A stretch of DNA of 64,000 nucleotides, taken from contig LN717261.1 in assembly GCA_001244265.2 (NCBI GenBank), forward strand, positions 2,123,591 to 2,187,590, in the 5' to 3' direction. The notes under the pieces were generated by a model. The model saw only the letters and a list, made by a program, of their open reading frames with translations, was not told the origin of the DNA and did not search any database. The first letter of the stretch is position 1; every line of letters starts with the position of its first letter. Source of the DNA: Microbotryum violaceum (taxonomy: Eukaryota). Of the stretch, positions 1 through 11,733 are shown piece by piece. A program made the translations under genes and the position numbers.

Positions 1-1914
1 GTCCGTGATGCCGCAGAGGTAACGAGCACCCGAAAGTGCGGGCACAGGGGAAGGACCCCACACGTCGGCAAAGACACGGGAGAAAGGTGCGTCCGCGGGG
101 TGGCTCGCGGGTTCCCGGTTCGGGGAAGAGACGGTTTTGCCGGCGCAACAAGCATCGCACTGATCGAGGAGGCGAATCTGATCCGGAGTTACAGCTGCTA
201 CATCGAGTGGAATTTGACCCGACCTAACAAGCTCTACCAAACGACCCCAAGAAGGATGACCCAAGCGCTGATGCCAAAGCACTACGTCTGTAGGCAAGGT
301 GGTGGCAGTCAGCGCCAGGTGATCCGCCCGAGGAGGTGGGTGAGAACTTGCCTGAAGCACGTAGTGGTTGCGATCGAGGGCGAAGGAAAGGCGGGAGGTC
401 GTGCTCGAGATCGCGATCCCGGTATGTTTCCCAGCCGCGTCGCACTCGTTGGATAGCTCATACCCGTCCTTCATCAGGCCGGCGAGTGAGACGAGTTCAG
501 CGGACAGACCGGGGACGAGGAGGACGTCATGGAGCTCGATGGACGCTTCGTCGACACCGAACCGGAGAGTGCCCGTACCGGTCGCCATGGCACTGGAGTT
601 GAAGGCGCCGACGACCCGGATGCGCTCCGTGGTGAAGGGCTTGAAGTCGATGAGGAGGTCCCGGCGAGTCGTCATGTGGCGGGTCGCACCCGAATCAAGC
701 AAGTAGCGCGGGATGTCGCTCAGGTACAGCGCCGTGTCGTTGTCACCAATGGGTACGCCGACGACCAAGTATCCCTCGTAGGCCTCGTCCTCGAGCTGAG
801 CCTCGGGTGCACGGTCGACGGCGACGAGCGCCATTACGTCGGCCGCGCCAATGGTGATGTTGTGCTTGGCGAGAACAGCGATGCGGCGGCGAGAGACCTC
901 TGCCGACGGCACCGTGCATTCGTCGCCAAGATGTCCCTGCTCGTAGCACCTTCTGCACTGCATCCGACCCAGTTTCAGGCGACCAGCGTGCGAGATCCCG
1001 TGAGGCCACCTCTCCTTGAGGCCGGGCACCCTCGAGGCCTGAAGGAAGGGGGGCGCCGAGGGACCGGAAGGACGGCCCGAGGGTTTCGAGCGAGGACGAC
1101 CCGAGGCTGGCTGACTCCGAGACTGCACCCGTGCCGCTAATGCCTCCGCGATGGGCTCGATCTGCCGGCTCGAGGAAAGTGCGGCCCTACGTATCGCGCC
1201 CTCAACTTGCTCGAGCGATGGGAGCGTGCCGATGGAGTCGATGACCGTCACGAGGTTCCTCGGCATCCTAGCCTTCAAGAGGTCCATGCGAACGCCCTCG
1301 GACAGCGCGGGCGCTGGTACCCACTTGTCGAAATCGCTCTGGGTAAACGATGTGCCGTCAATCCTGGCGCGTTGATAGGCTTTGTCACGGGAGACGTGGG
1401 CGGCGACGAGGTCCTCAAACAACCGGTTGAAGTTCGCAAGCCATGGGTCGAGCGCTTCGCCGTCGACAAATGGCTCACACAAGAAGAGGGCGTCGAGCTT
1501 CGCTGAGCGCATGAAATCGTCCGAAGCGCGACCGAGATCCTTATCGAGCGCGGCCCACAAGTCGTGCGTGGCGTTGGCTTTGACGCGGGCGAAGGTGGAC
1601 TCCCCCAAGCATACGATTAGCGTGTTGCGCGCCTGCGCAAGGGCCTGATCGAGAGCGTCGACATCCTGACGGTACAATCGAAGTTGGTTGCGATAGGTGG
1701 CCACATCGTCTACCCGGTTGTCGCCCTCCAAGCGAGTGAACTCGGACTGCAAAGGCTCGGGGCCGACGTCTAGAACACCGGTGACGTGCTTGAGGCGGCC
1801 CTCGCCTTTCAGGACGTTCTGAAGTCGCTCCCTGGCAACACCCCAGTTGGTGGCGTCGACTTTGCCGTATAGGTCGCCCATCAGACTGACGTGGTCAGCC
1901 GTGGGAGTCGCCAT
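1..1914 (-). CDS. Ty1/Copia Gag-Pol polyprotein, 5' part (runs off window start)
   Basis: Hand translation from ATG 1914 appears open to base 1: Zn knuckle CRRCYEQGHLGDEC, protease LLDSGAT, WHQRLGH..CDAC pre-integrase, integrase start DVWGP..ARYLCGITD. It is absent from the ORF track, probably because no stop lies in the window. Confidence 0.9.
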   Translation of the reverse strand, partial: MATPTADHVSLMGDLYGKVDATNWGVARERLQNVLKGEGRLKHVTGVLDVGPEPLQSEFTRLEGDNRVDDVATYRNQLRLYRQDVDALDQALAQARNTLIVCLGESTFARVKANATHDLWAALDKDLGRASDDFMRSAKLDALFLCEPFVDGEALDPWLANFNRLFEDLVAAHVSRDKAYQRARIDGTSFTQSDFDKWVPAPALSEGVRMDLLKARMPRNLVTVIDSIGTLPSLEQVEGAIRRAALSSSRQIEPIAEALAARVQSRSQPASGRPRSKPSGRPSGPSAPPFLQASRVPGLKERWPHGISHAGRLKLGRMQCRRCYEQGHLGDECTVPSAEVSRRRIAVLAKHNITIGAADVMALVAVDRAPEAQLEDEAYEGYLVVGVPIGDNDTALYLSDIPRYLLDSGATRHMTTRRDLLIDFKPFTTERIRVVGAFNSSAMATGTGTLRFGVDEASIELHDVLLVPGLSAELVSLAGLMKDGYELSNECDAAGKHTGIAISSTTSRLSFALDRNHYVLQASSHPPPRADHLALTATTLPTDVVLWHQRLGHPSWGRLVELVRSGQIPLDVAAVTPDQIRLLDQCDACCAGKTVSSPNREPASHPADAPFSRVFADVWGPSPVPALSGARYLCGITD

Positions 1915-1970
1915 CTTGGATATGCGCTGCGTCTTTTCTGCGTGCGGATCTGTGCCTTGCGGCAATACAG

Positions 1971-2254
1971 ACGCTACCAAATAAGAGACTGACGAGCGTG
2001 TAATCCAACCGTCAGTTAATTGCATATGATAGTAGCCGTAGTGCTAGATGTACGTACCTGACGAGCGTGTAATCCAACCGTGGAGAGAAGACAACGGTTG
2101 GTGCGCATCGCCAGGCTTCACTAAACAAACGCGCGCTTCTAATCAAATAACCGAAAGCCGCCTTCCTGCTAATCCTCATTCACAACACGCCAACTGCCCG
2201 AAGGGTTCGATGTGCTATACAAGCGTTGCTCCTTACCGCTTGGTTGGATCATAA
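1971..2254 (-). repeat. 5' LTR (~1980-2254) and PBS of Copia-1
   Basis: PBS TGGTAGCG at 1979-1972 just upstream of the gag ATG; internal 24-bp direct repeat at 1989-2012 and 2058-2081. Outer end uncertain by a few bp. Confidence 0.7.
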
Positions 2255-3470
2255 CGGTGGCTGCTACTCCGGCACCCTCGCGGGCAGCTCACGCGCCACC
2301 GGCGCCGGCGGTCTCGGTGCAAGGCAAGCGCCCCGCTCGCAACGCCAATCCGTGGGTGACTTCTGACGAGGAAGAAAGCGACGAACCGACTGAGAATCTG
2401 GCGAGGACCCACCTCCGTCAGCTCGAGGCGGAGACCCAACTCCGTCAGCTCGAGAGCTCGGCCAATCGCCTCGCTCAGCGACCGACTAAGAAGAAGTCCA
2501 AGAACCCGGCACCCCCTCCAGCCCAGCGCGCTGTAGTGTCGTACCGTCCTTCTACACTATCGCAAGGTGGTCGTGTACTCCTCGATGAGGACGATGAGGA
2601 CCAGGAGATTCCGACCGCTACATCCATTGCTCAAGAAAAGGCGGCGAGGATGTACGAGGAGACTCTAGCAGTCCCTAGCACTGCTTACTCCGAACTCCCC
2701 GGCTACGTGACACTTTGCCACGACAAAGAGGATATGTAAAAAGAAGCCTTACTACTCCCTAGAGCGCACGTCTACCGCCTAGACAGACAAGACGCCGTAC
2801 TCAAGAAGAACCACGGGTTGAAACTGGACGTCATAGAGATCATGAAGGTCCTTACCGGTCAATTTGTCAGCGCGGTCGATGCCGATAACCCAGCGCCTTC
2901 CGACTTGTTCTACATGTTCCAGCATTCCGGCAACAAGTTCTACGGAATTGAAGCGATGGTTCAATCCAAGGCTAGCGTCAAAAAGAGAACACTTACGCAA
3001 GCAGGTCACACGGAAGCCTTGATGGAGCTCGAGAAGCTCGAAGGCGTCGTGTCAACTCTCATCAAGGTCGTAACTGGCAACACAACACTTGCTTCTTGAG
3101 GGAATTGGCCCAAGACCCAGATCTCGGATTCGACTTTGTAGTCCTGTACAATGACAAGTACCATCGGAATTTGGCCGATAGAGGAAAGTTGGTCCATTCC
3201 CTCCTCGACGCAAAACTCGGTGACAGCGTCTACGCACTCTTGATCAACAAGTGGCTCACCGGCAACCAGTTCTTTTGAAGCGAGGGGTCGTCCACGGCGA
3301 ACCACGGCCCCTCGAATGCTTCGCACCCCCGCTCGCTACCGGGCAAGAAAAAGCGTAACCCCTGCATGAGGTTTAACCGAGGCAACTTCCATGATGAAGA
3401 GGCGTGCGATTATCAACATGTCTGCTCAGCTTGCAAGGGAAACCACGCAGCTTTGAGTACTCTGCACGCA
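2255..3470 (+). pseudogene. Ngaro ORF1 (gag-like), disrupted
   Basis: Broken ORFs 2212-2739, 2818-3099 and 3096-3278, ending in the Cys/His finger PCMRFNRG..CDYQHVCSACKGNH. Confidence 0.55.
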
Positions 3471-5478
3471 TCGGCAGCTCAAATTGGGAGCTCGCCTCGC
3501 AGTGGCAGCCACGGGAGCAGCAGCTGATGCTGCCGCTCGGCGCTAGATACCTCGAGGACGGCAATGATTCAATAGCCCCGGACAAATTGTCGCTTGCGGT
3601 CATCATCTCAGACGACACTGGACCTCCGGGCCACCCTTCTCTATCTCACCTGTCGGGCTTAGGACTGGCACCCAAGTACCAAAGGTCATTCCACTTCGAT
3701 CCACCCTCGAAGGATTATCCTACTACCCCACTCCTTTCCTTGATGACGTCCGTGGGCAGGCTCCCTGGACCGATACCTCGAGCCTACTTCACTCCGGAGC
3801 GTCTGGCGATTATCAAGGACACTCAACAATTGTACCCTTCCCAATTCAACTTCACTCGGACGATTAACGATCTCTACCTGGGCAAGCTTATGGCAGAGCA
3901 CCCAAACACAATCTTAGTCAACTCCTTCCTCTCCGCTCTTCGCTCGGAAGGATTCAAACCACCACACGATGGCAGCAATGCGCGTGGCAATGACCCCGCG
4001 TCGGTAAGATTTCCTAAGAACAAGCATCATCGCGAGTTCATCCAAACGACTGTGGACGAGGAAGTCAAGAAACATTGGGTCTCTCCCGGCAGCGCATTTC
4101 CTCTCCCGGGAGTCACCTACAACTTGATTTTCGTAGTCGAGTTGACCAACCATAGGATGCGTGTGGTGGCAGACCACACCTCCTCCGGTCTCAACTACGG
4201 CATCCAACGAACCAATTGCCTGACAATCTATGATACTATCATTGACTTTATCCGTCTCCTTTGCTGGCATTGGTTTGCATTGGGACTTCTTACAGACACA
4301 TTGGTTTTCTGGAAGCTTGATGTCTCTTCGGTGTTCAAAATCCTCATCATGTCCAAGCGCTGGCAGGCGCGTCAAGGCATAGCAATCAAATGCAAACTTT
4401 CGGACGGTACACTACGCACTTTGTACCACATTGAATGGAGGGGCGTGTTTGGCTGTTGCGCGATGCCCTTCCTGTGGACTAGGTTCATGTCGCTACTGAT
4501 GTGGGCGGCTCACAACGTCTACGGAATTGAACACCCCCTTGCGTACATGGACGACGCTTTTGGCATTGATCTGGCAGGATTGATGGTCGCTTACAATCAC
4601 AACGGCACGACGCACACAATTCCGGCCCAACAAGCAGCGATGGCAGCGCTGTGGACCGGACTAGGCATGCCCTTCAAGCTCTCCCCGGACAAGGCACCAC
4701 ATGGGCGGCGCATCACAATCACAGGCATCGACTGTGACCTGGACTCGTTCTCCGTGTCCCTTCCCCACAAGGCGATTGAGAACCTTGTCAGGGAAATTGA
4801 CGCATTCCTTCTTGAATCGAGCCCGCACCCCACGCTCCGCAAGTGGAGACAAATGACTGGCTGGCTAAGTTGGTCCCTCAACGTGGCTCCGCAGGCTCGC
4901 CCGTATCTTACCCCGCTTTACAAGAAGCTCGCCGGCAAGAAACGTTCCAAAGCGGGGGTGCCAATCAACACCTCGGTTGTGACCGCACTCGCAGCTATGG
5001 CAACGCTGCTCGTCGAATCTCCCTTGCTCCTGGGGACGGGTGCAGGTCTCGGTTTCTGGTTTGAGTGGAAAGGCACGGTTCACCACTACACTGTCGGCCG
5101 CAACAAACCTACAAACGTATCCAATTCGCAAAAGCCTTGACGGTTGTTCTAGCATTAGGGATTGTTACACACCCTTCCAGTCCGTTCAAGCCGCTCTCGC
5201 GAGTTCTTGTATGCACGGACTCGGCTCCGGCGGTGTACGCAGTCAACTCGGGTGCAGCAAAAGACAGCGACTTCATGCTGCTGCACACCCTCACCCTTCG
5301 ATCATATGTCATGGCCCAACACCAAAAGTTTGACCTCAAAGTCATACACGTTCATGGCAAAGGCAACACCCTCGCTGACAACCTTTCGAGGCAACACAAG
5401 GTCCAGTTTCACCGGTGCTTCAGCCCTCTCACCCATTTTGACCCCTTCATCCCCGGGCTGGAGGGGGTATTGTTATGA
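3404..5478 (+). pseudogene. Ngaro reverse transcriptase + RNase H (frameshifted)
   Basis: KLDVSSVF, FGCCAMPFLW and YMDD RT motifs; RNase H CTDS..HVHGKGNTLADNLSR in the overlapping ORF 5065-5478. Confidence 0.85.
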
Positions 5479-8400
5479 CAAACATCAGACGAGAGGACAG
5501 AAGGCTTGTCTCCTTTGTGCCCCGTCCTCTCTTGGAGCCGGCTACTCGAGCTCAGCCGATGCTCCCACTGGATGATCTTTGTCAACTACGCATCAAAGCC
5601 GCCATCCTTGCGCTTGAACCCAAAGCTCAATCAGACTACGCTCGAGCTGTGCGGCGATGGATCACTTTCATCAGCTACTACCGCGCTCAGGGCCATGACA
5701 TCATGTATCACCCCACCAAAGACATGTTGTTGGTGTTCATCCAACATCGCTTCCGTACGGTCTCCTTGGTGTACCAGACACTTTCTGGCCTCGTGTTCCA
5801 ATTCCTACCGATCATGGGGAATACATGGACAACAGTGTGCTCCTCACAACTAGTCAGAAATATTGAAACTGAACAGCAATGTGCTGAACGAGTTGGCGGC
5901 AGGGACGAGCCAATGAGTTCGTAATCAAGTAAAGATTGCAATAAAGGAGTTCTTCACATACCTGAACGAGTTGGCGGCAGGGACGAGCCAATGAGTTTGT
6001 AATCAAGTGAAGAAGAGGAGACAAAGACGCGAATTGCGCGCGCAACTAATATAAAGTGGAGAAGCGCGTAGTGCAGATTTAAGGCAAGAGTAATTTACTT
6101 CAACACCCCCCTTGCTCTTGGCCTGAAATTCGCCGAAGGCCAATAGCGTCGCAATGACGCTGGAAAATCGCTCGAGGCAGCGGCTTGGTGAAGATATTGG
6201 CCACCATCTCATGGGTAGGGATGTAGGTGACCGAGATCTCTCCATTTCGAATGTGCTCCCGAACAAAGTGCTCCAACATGCAAAGGTGTTTGGTGCGAGC
6301 ATGGAAGACCGGGTTCTGGGTGAGCGCGATAGCGCCTTGATTGTCTGCAAGCAGACGAAGGGGCGACAATGTGTCAAGGCCGAGCTCGGTGAGGAGCAAG
6401 CGAAGGAAGACTGCCTCCTTGGCAGTGTGCGAAAGACCCAGATACTCGGCTTCCGTAGACAAACACGCCACTCGGGGTTGGAGACGGGATGACCATGATA
6501 TCGCGCCACCAGCCAGTTTGAACAAGTAGCCTATCATTGACCTCGACATGTTCATGTCAGATCCCCAGTCCGAGTCAGAATACCCCTCGTATCCCAGCAA
6601 GGGCTCGTTGTTAGCCATGTAATGGATGCCCAGATCGAGCGAGCCTTTGATGTACCGAAGGACGCGTTAACCCCGCTTTTCCAACAAACCGAGAGAGATA
6701 CCCCACAGCGTGTGCAAGATCGGGTCGGGTGGCAACAACGGCGTACATGAGGGAGCCGATCATAGAACGATACATCGAGTTGTCGGCTTCATCGGGGTCG
6801 ATCTTGGGCGACAACTGGAGGTTGGCCTCCATTGGCGATTTGCAGGGATTGCAATCGGACATGCCAAAACGAGCCAACACGTCGACAAGGTATTGGCGCT
6901 GCAGGAGTGTGATCCCGCCATCATCATGCCGGACAACCTGAACCCCTAGAATCCAGTCAGCCGGGCCGAGACGTTTTACGCCATAAAGGGTGTCGGGTTG
7001 ATCCAGGACTCGATCGATCTCCCCAAGGTCGGGACCAAAGAAGAGGAGGTCGTCTACGTAGAGCGCGATGTAGTGATCACCCAAAACGTCGGCACGCCTA
7101 TAAATGCATTCATCGCAGGCGAGACGGCGGTAGCCGAGATTCGCTAGAGTGGCGTTGATCATATCGTTCCAGACTCAACCGGCTTGCTTGAGCCCGTAGA
7201 TGGAACGGTGAAGACGGAGGCACTTGCCGTCATAGCCTTCGATGCCAGTGGGGACGCGTATGTAGATCTCTTCCTCCAGGACGCCGTGGAGGTAGGCCTT
7301 GTCCACGTCGGCTTGTATGATGTGGTGGCCCCTGGAGGCTGCATGCGCGACGAAAGCGCAAATGGAGGTGAACTTCGCCGTTGGTGCAAACGTCTCGTCA
7401 AAATCACCTGCCCGCTGTGCGCATCCCTGAGCTACAATGCGGCTCTTTAACGACACCATTTTGCCCACCTTATCGCGTTTGGTCCGAAACACGTGGCAAC
7501 TCGGCAAGATAGTGGCTGCCCTGGGAACGGAGGCAAGGTCGACCATGCTGAACACCTTGAAGTCGTCCTTCATCGAGCGGAACTCCTCAATGGCACCAGC
7601 TTTCCAACCTTCTGCATGAGGGTGGCGCATGGCTTCCTTCCAAGTACTGGATCGCTGGTGGGAAGCGTGAAAGGATCTTCGGGCTCGGAGAGAGGACGGT
7701 CCGCCTTCGAGACATCGATGCCGGCCTCCGCAAGATTGGCAACTAGCGCAACAACCTCGTTGCCGAGTGAGAATGCAAAGGCAGAAGGCGTCGAGCGCAA
7801 GGATGCGAGGGCTCCGTACCGAGCCGGCGGATTGCGCGCACGTGGGCCTGCGGGTGGCTGCCAGGCCGGGCCAGGGGCGTCGAAATGCAAGGCAGCCGGT
7901 GGGTCAACGTGCTCGGGGGAATAATGACGACCCCGCTGTCGTTGTCCCCCGCGGCCGGAAGCGGGGGCGCTCGGATACCCGTTGTTCAAGCAGGGAAGTC
8001 GTCCTCAAAGAATGTGACGCTGCGGGACTTGAAGACCTGTCTCGTGTTGGGGTCCAGCAGTCTGTACCCCTTGGACTCGAGGTCGTAGCCGACGAAGATG
8101 AGTGGGATGCCTCGCGGATCGAGCTTGCTGCGCGGCTCGGTGGTAGCGGTCTTCCACGCTCAACAGCCGAACACGCGTAGATGGCCAGCTGAAGGTTTGG
8201 AACCGTACCAACGTGTGTGAGGCGTGGTGCCCAAGTTTGCAGAGTGCGGCGAGCGATTTTTGACGTAGACGTACGTTGCCAATGGCTCGGCCCACAAAGC
8301 GTGAGGTAGGCCCGACTGGTGGAGCATTGAGCGGACACCCTTGGTGATCGAACGATTCACACGTTCGGCGACTCCATTCTGTTGAGGCGTGTCAGGGATA

Positions 8401-8915
8401 GAGAGCTGACGAGTAATGCCTTGCTCCTCCAGGAATCTGGAGAACTCGTTTGACACCCCCATTATCCGAGCGGACAGCAAGGACTTTGCGTGACGTGGAG
8501 CGCTCCACCTTCGCGAGCCAGGATTTGAAGGCCGCAAAGGTGTCGGACTTGTGTGACATCGGAATTGCCCACAAATACCAAGAATGGTCGTCCACAATGA
8601 CGAGAGCGTATCTTGCACCCCCTAATGACATGGCACCGTCGAACGCAAGGAGGTCCATGTGGACTTGTTCGAGCGGCTGAGCAGAGCAATCCGATGCGAA
8701 ATTGGAAAACAAAGGAAAGTTTGGCTGAACTGAGAATTGAACTCAGGTCCACTCTATTAATCAGAGTTGCAAGGGGACTGCCGCCTTTGTTTTCTTGAAG
8801 GGGACAGTAGAAGTCAATGTGACCGTGCACCAGTCCGCCCGCCATGGCTCCCAATGTGTGGTAGAACCACCGCCGGTGTGACTTGGGTGCACCGTCATAT
8901 TCATCTATTCCTACT

Positions 8916-8987
8916 GGTTGAGTAGCTCAGCGGTCAGAGCAACTCTGATTAATAGAGTGGACCTGAGTTCAATTCTCAGTTCAGCCA
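8916..8987 (+). tRNA. tRNA-like cloverleaf in TRIM LTR1 (probably not a functional tRNA)
   Basis: Acceptor GGTTGAG/TTCAGCC, D arm GCTC..GAGC, anticodon stem ACTCT/AGAGT with loop GATTAAT, T arm CTGAG-TTCAATT-CTCAG; A and B box-like motifs. Confidence 0.75.
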
Positions 8988-9220
8988 AACTTTCCTTTGT
9001 TTTCCAATTTGGTAGCGTCTGTCACTGCCGCAAGGCAAACTAAGATCGGTCACGAGTTGAACAATTGATTAAGTTGGTTGGCTTCAGTTGTTTAATCAAT
9101 TGAAGGGGACAGTAGAAGTCAATGTGACCGTGCACCAGTCCGCCCGCCATGGCTCCCAATGTGTGGTAGAACCACCGCCGGTGTGACTTGGGTGCACCGT
9201 CATATTCATCTATTCCTACT

Positions 9221-9292
9221 GGTTGAGTAGCTCAGCGGTCAGAGCAACTCTGATTAATAGAGTGGACCTGAGTTCAATTCTCAGTTCAGCCA
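9221..9292 (+). tRNA. tRNA-like cloverleaf in TRIM LTR2
   Basis: Copy of 8916-8987. Confidence 0.75.
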
Positions 9293-9507
9293 AACTTTCC
9301 TTTGTTTTCCAATTTGCGACGGCAGGGAACGGGTGATGCATAATTTTGCCAGCTTGGCAAGTGTCACATTTCAAATCCTTGTTTGAATCTACCTCCATGC
9401 TGACTCCCGACACGGCTTCAGTCAAAATCAACTGTCGGAGGGCGCGTGGGTGGAGGTGAGCAAAGCGTCCGTGCAAGACCAACATGGGAACGGCCACAAG
9501 CGCACGC

Positions 9508-11733
9508 GGGAGTAAAAAAAAGGGGCGCCTGCTTAATTTTTATTTTCAATCCCCTTTACCTTTTTATTCCAGTTTGTCGCCCTTTTTTATTTTTTATATT
9601 TTTATTTTTTTGCAAAAAAATAAAAAAAATAAAAAAGGGCGCTTATTTGTCTTTTTTTGTCCTGGACAAAAACAGCATATTTTTTATTTTTTGCAAAAAT
9701 ATGCTGCTGTTGCGAGACAAACAAAAATCTAAAGAGTCGGGAACGTGTGAGAAGTTAAAGGAAAAAAATTACCTTTTTTTATTTTTCCCGCAGCCCGCTT
9801 TTTAATTCCAGTTTTGTTAGTATTTTAATCTTTGCCTTTTCTTTCAGAGGCAAAGATAAAATACTATTAAAAAAAGGAAAGGAAAAACAGATACTAAATA
9901 ATGTGAAATGTTTACTCTAATGTTAAGTTTTTGGTTTAACAGCTCAGTCTAGTGATTTGGTTTCTGATAATAATAAAATCACCATTAGAGTTAAATCTGT
10001 AACTCCACTAAAAATGACTTACTTTATGGTATGTATTGTTTTCCTCCTGTTTTAGTATTTTTATCTTTGCCTCTGAAAAAAGAGGCAAAGATAATGCTTT
10101 TGTCCATCAGTCAGATACTAGTTATATTCAATCATAAGAATGGAATGGACTATTTAAGTCTTCTCTAGGTCGATAATTATCATGTTTGTAAACCTTCTCA
10201 GTATCCAAGCTAATACTTCTAACCAACCCTTGGTACTCTTTAGCAGTTATAATTTTACTATACATTTCCTTAGGTACTGTAAGGCGGGTCAGAATGTCAA
10301 CAGTGTGGATACAATAGACTATATCACGTTCCTTAGAAAAGAATCGAGCTTTAAATACCGTTACAAATTTCTGCTGCTATTGCTGCTCATGCCCGAATTT
10401 CTATCAACAAATTTAAAATTTGGAAGGATATGATATAGTCTAATCAATTATGTGAATAATTGCATTAAGGTTAAATGCCATCTTAGTAATCTAATGCTTT
10501 ACGTGTCAGTAAAGGATATCTGTCAATAAAACTAATTACGATATTATGTTGTTTCAGAGAGAACCAGCTTACAGACCGATTTTTAGTAGCCCTATTAATA
10601 ACGACATTACTGATTAAAAGGTTTCGTCTAAAGCAGATAACCATGGTATAAAATACCTTTATCTACTAGCGCCTTTTTATTTTCTTTTTTGTCCTAGCAA
10701 AAACAAAATAAAAAAGACGGACAGAAAGGTTGAGCAACAACATAGTATGTCAATTAACTAGCTGTGTTTCACAGTCTAGGTTTGCTACTGATCTCGCGAC
10801 CAGGATCGGACTATATTTTACATATTAACACAGGCCATAAAGAATGGTGCGTTAAATGTTATCACGTGTAGTGTCTACGGTGTCTAATCTTGTAATTAAG
10901 AAAAGTCTTACACTTAAACACAATTGGATAGAAAAATTATAAAAATTACTTAGTTTGGATAGCTTTTTTACGCAAACTAATAGAGACTATGACTCATTGT
11001 ACGCGTCTCATATTACCGGATTAGTAATAATTTAACCCTGTGCTTGAATTAAGGGTTATTTTTGTAGAGGCTAGATAGTTGGGCTTGACTTTTAATACTA
11101 GGATCAAACTTACATGTAATATTATATAGTTTATCTAAAATATCATATCTACTTTTAATAATATCTCTTTCTGTATTATCTGAAAAGAAGAGAATAATGA
11201 GAGGTTTCATTAATTTAATGGGGTAAGTTGGTAAACTTTCATTCAAATTTTATTATAAATTCGTCGAATTTACTTAAAGTATTGTATGAATGGAATGGTA
11301 CAGGACTCTCAAGTGTTCACTCTAATGAATGCGCATATTGTGGTCCACTTAACAATTCAGGCAAAAGTATTACACTGTGATAATAAATACTAGAAGATAA
11401 CGAGTATCTTCCTGCTCTCAACTAGCTTTTGTTGCCCAGCGCACAAGCACCCAGCAAAGCTGGTCCTTTTTCAGAAAAAAGACAGGTATGAAGCGCTGGA
11501 TGTTTGTGTCACAATTATTCCATTCCTTATACTGACATATAGGCTCACGTATTAGTTGTTGAACGTTCTTTTTTTTCATTCTTGGGTTACGTTTTACCCT
11601 ATGGGCAGATGAGTCTATGAGTGTGAAATTCAAACACAAGCACAAGCAGCCCTTTTTTTGGTTCTGATGAAAATACCTTTTTTAACTTCATGTTCTAACT
11701 TCATTTGTCCTAACTTTGAACCTACTAATTCCC
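9508..11733. other. AT-rich foreign insert, probable mitochondrial DNA (NUMT)
   Basis: Abrupt AT-rich 2.2-kb block; removal restores the Copia-2 frame (LVHQA|RALVAVP) with no TSD. Small hairpin repeats; fragment ELVGSKLGQMKLEHEVKKGIFI resembles protein-primed DNA polymerase B. Confidence 0.65.

Larger units (their letters stand above)
8700..9314 (+). mobile_element. Non-coding miniature LTR element (TRIM) with tRNA-like LTRs, inserted in the Copia-2 integrase region
   Basis: 211-bp direct repeats 8796-9006 and 9101-9311 (TG..CA); PBS TGGTAGCG at 9010; TSD TGCGA (8695-8699, 9315-9319). Removal restores HPFPAVASDCSAQPLEQVHMD. Confidence 0.9.

Noticed and set aside
36..1648. Plus-strand ORFs (e.g. 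529-1140)
   Set aside because: Antisense shadows of Copia-1 Gag-Pol; the same applies to ORFs opposite RAT1, HD1 and other pol genes.
3404..5140. Retron, group II intron or DGR reverse transcriptase
   Set aside because: Followed by RNase H, YR and split repeats, which identifies a DIRS/Ngaro element.
8916..8987. Functional ochre-suppressor tRNA (anticodon TTA)
   Set aside because: The loop lacks Y32/U33, and the sequence is part of a transposon LTR.
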